Of a stretch of 64,000 bases of DNA, positions 63,718-64,000 are shown piece by piece. The notes beneath the pieces are model-generated. The model saw only the letters and a list, made by a program, of their open reading frames with translations. It did not search any database and had not been told where the DNA came from. The translations under genes and the position numbers were made by a program. The stretch's first letter is position 1. Each line of letters begins with the position of its first letter. This stretch comes from Tubulanus polymorphus (lineage: Eukaryota > Animalia > Nemertea), in the NCBI RefSeq assembly GCF_964204645.1, contig NC_134026.1, positions 16,712,150 to 16,776,149 on the forward strand, given 5' to 3'.

Positions 63718-64000
63718 TTAAGATTCAACATGTTTTTCATTCTGCGTTGAATTCCATAATTCAACAAATTTCTTTGCTTTATCCAGTTGATCTAAATATA
63801 ATCTCATATCAAGTGTGTTCCCTTTCCTTATATTTTCCTTCTTTTCGAGAGTTCTTAAATTTCTCCAATTCCAAATTAGTTTTTTATTATAATCATCACT
63901 CATGTCAAATTTAGAAATCGGCAACACGTGATCAATATGAAACTATTCACCATAATTATCTATATTCATTTTATCATCGAATTGATATATTATCCATGAT
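63718..64000 (-). CDS. HNH endonuclease C-terminus (copy C, runs off window)
   Basis: FHIDHVLPISKFD...WNWRNLRTLEKKENIRKGN is a canonical H-N-N motif. Confidence 0.8.

Larger units (their letters stand above)
59233..64000. mobile_element. Polinton/Maverick-like endogenous virus, copy C (continues beyond window)
   Basis: Hairpin and MESK ORF (+), then a minus-strand block of ATPase, integrase, two ORFs and HNH that is colinear with copy B. Confidence 0.9.

Noticed and set aside
62915-63721. TTAA-flanked Kolobok/piggyBac call for the insertion in copy C
   Set aside because: TTAA is present near both ends, but no TIRs could be matched.
1-64000. Bacterial prophage or plasmid origin suggested by the Rep_trans-like gene
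   Set aside because: The surrounding LINE, Gypsy, SINE and satellite content and the chromodomain integrase indicate a eukaryotic chromosome, and no Shine-Dalgarno pattern is evident.

Overview
AT-rich, repeat-only eukaryotic (probably invertebrate) DNA with no recognisable host gene. Most of it is three decayed, rearranged copies of a Polinton/Maverick-like endogenous DNA virus: A (1-7475), B (~36115-58630) and C (59233-64000+). Together they encode protein-primed PolB, an rve integrase with chromodomain, an A32-like packaging ATPase, putative major and minor capsid proteins, an HNH nuclease, zinc-finger proteins and membrane proteins. Other elements lie between and inside them: a 5'-truncated Gypsy LTR retrotransposon with a ~3 kb LTR and an extra zinc-finger ORF, an L2/CR1-group LINE, TIR elements, Helitron/Helentron-like elements, a tRNA-SINE, a Penelope-like hammerhead insertion and a ~5 kb 31-bp satellite. 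The most notable signal is that all three visible Polinton-like ends finish in a 116-153 bp palindromic hairpin with a conserved, identically oriented loop and co-varying arms. Copy A also carries a ~740-codon degraded gene with all four Rep_trans (pT181 RepC-type rolling-circle initiator) motifs in order, and every copy has a small putative OB-fold ssDNA-binding gene. This suggests a hairpin-ended, nicking-initiator-equipped Polinton-like system. Family assignments come from motif recognition by eye and need HMM or structure searches.
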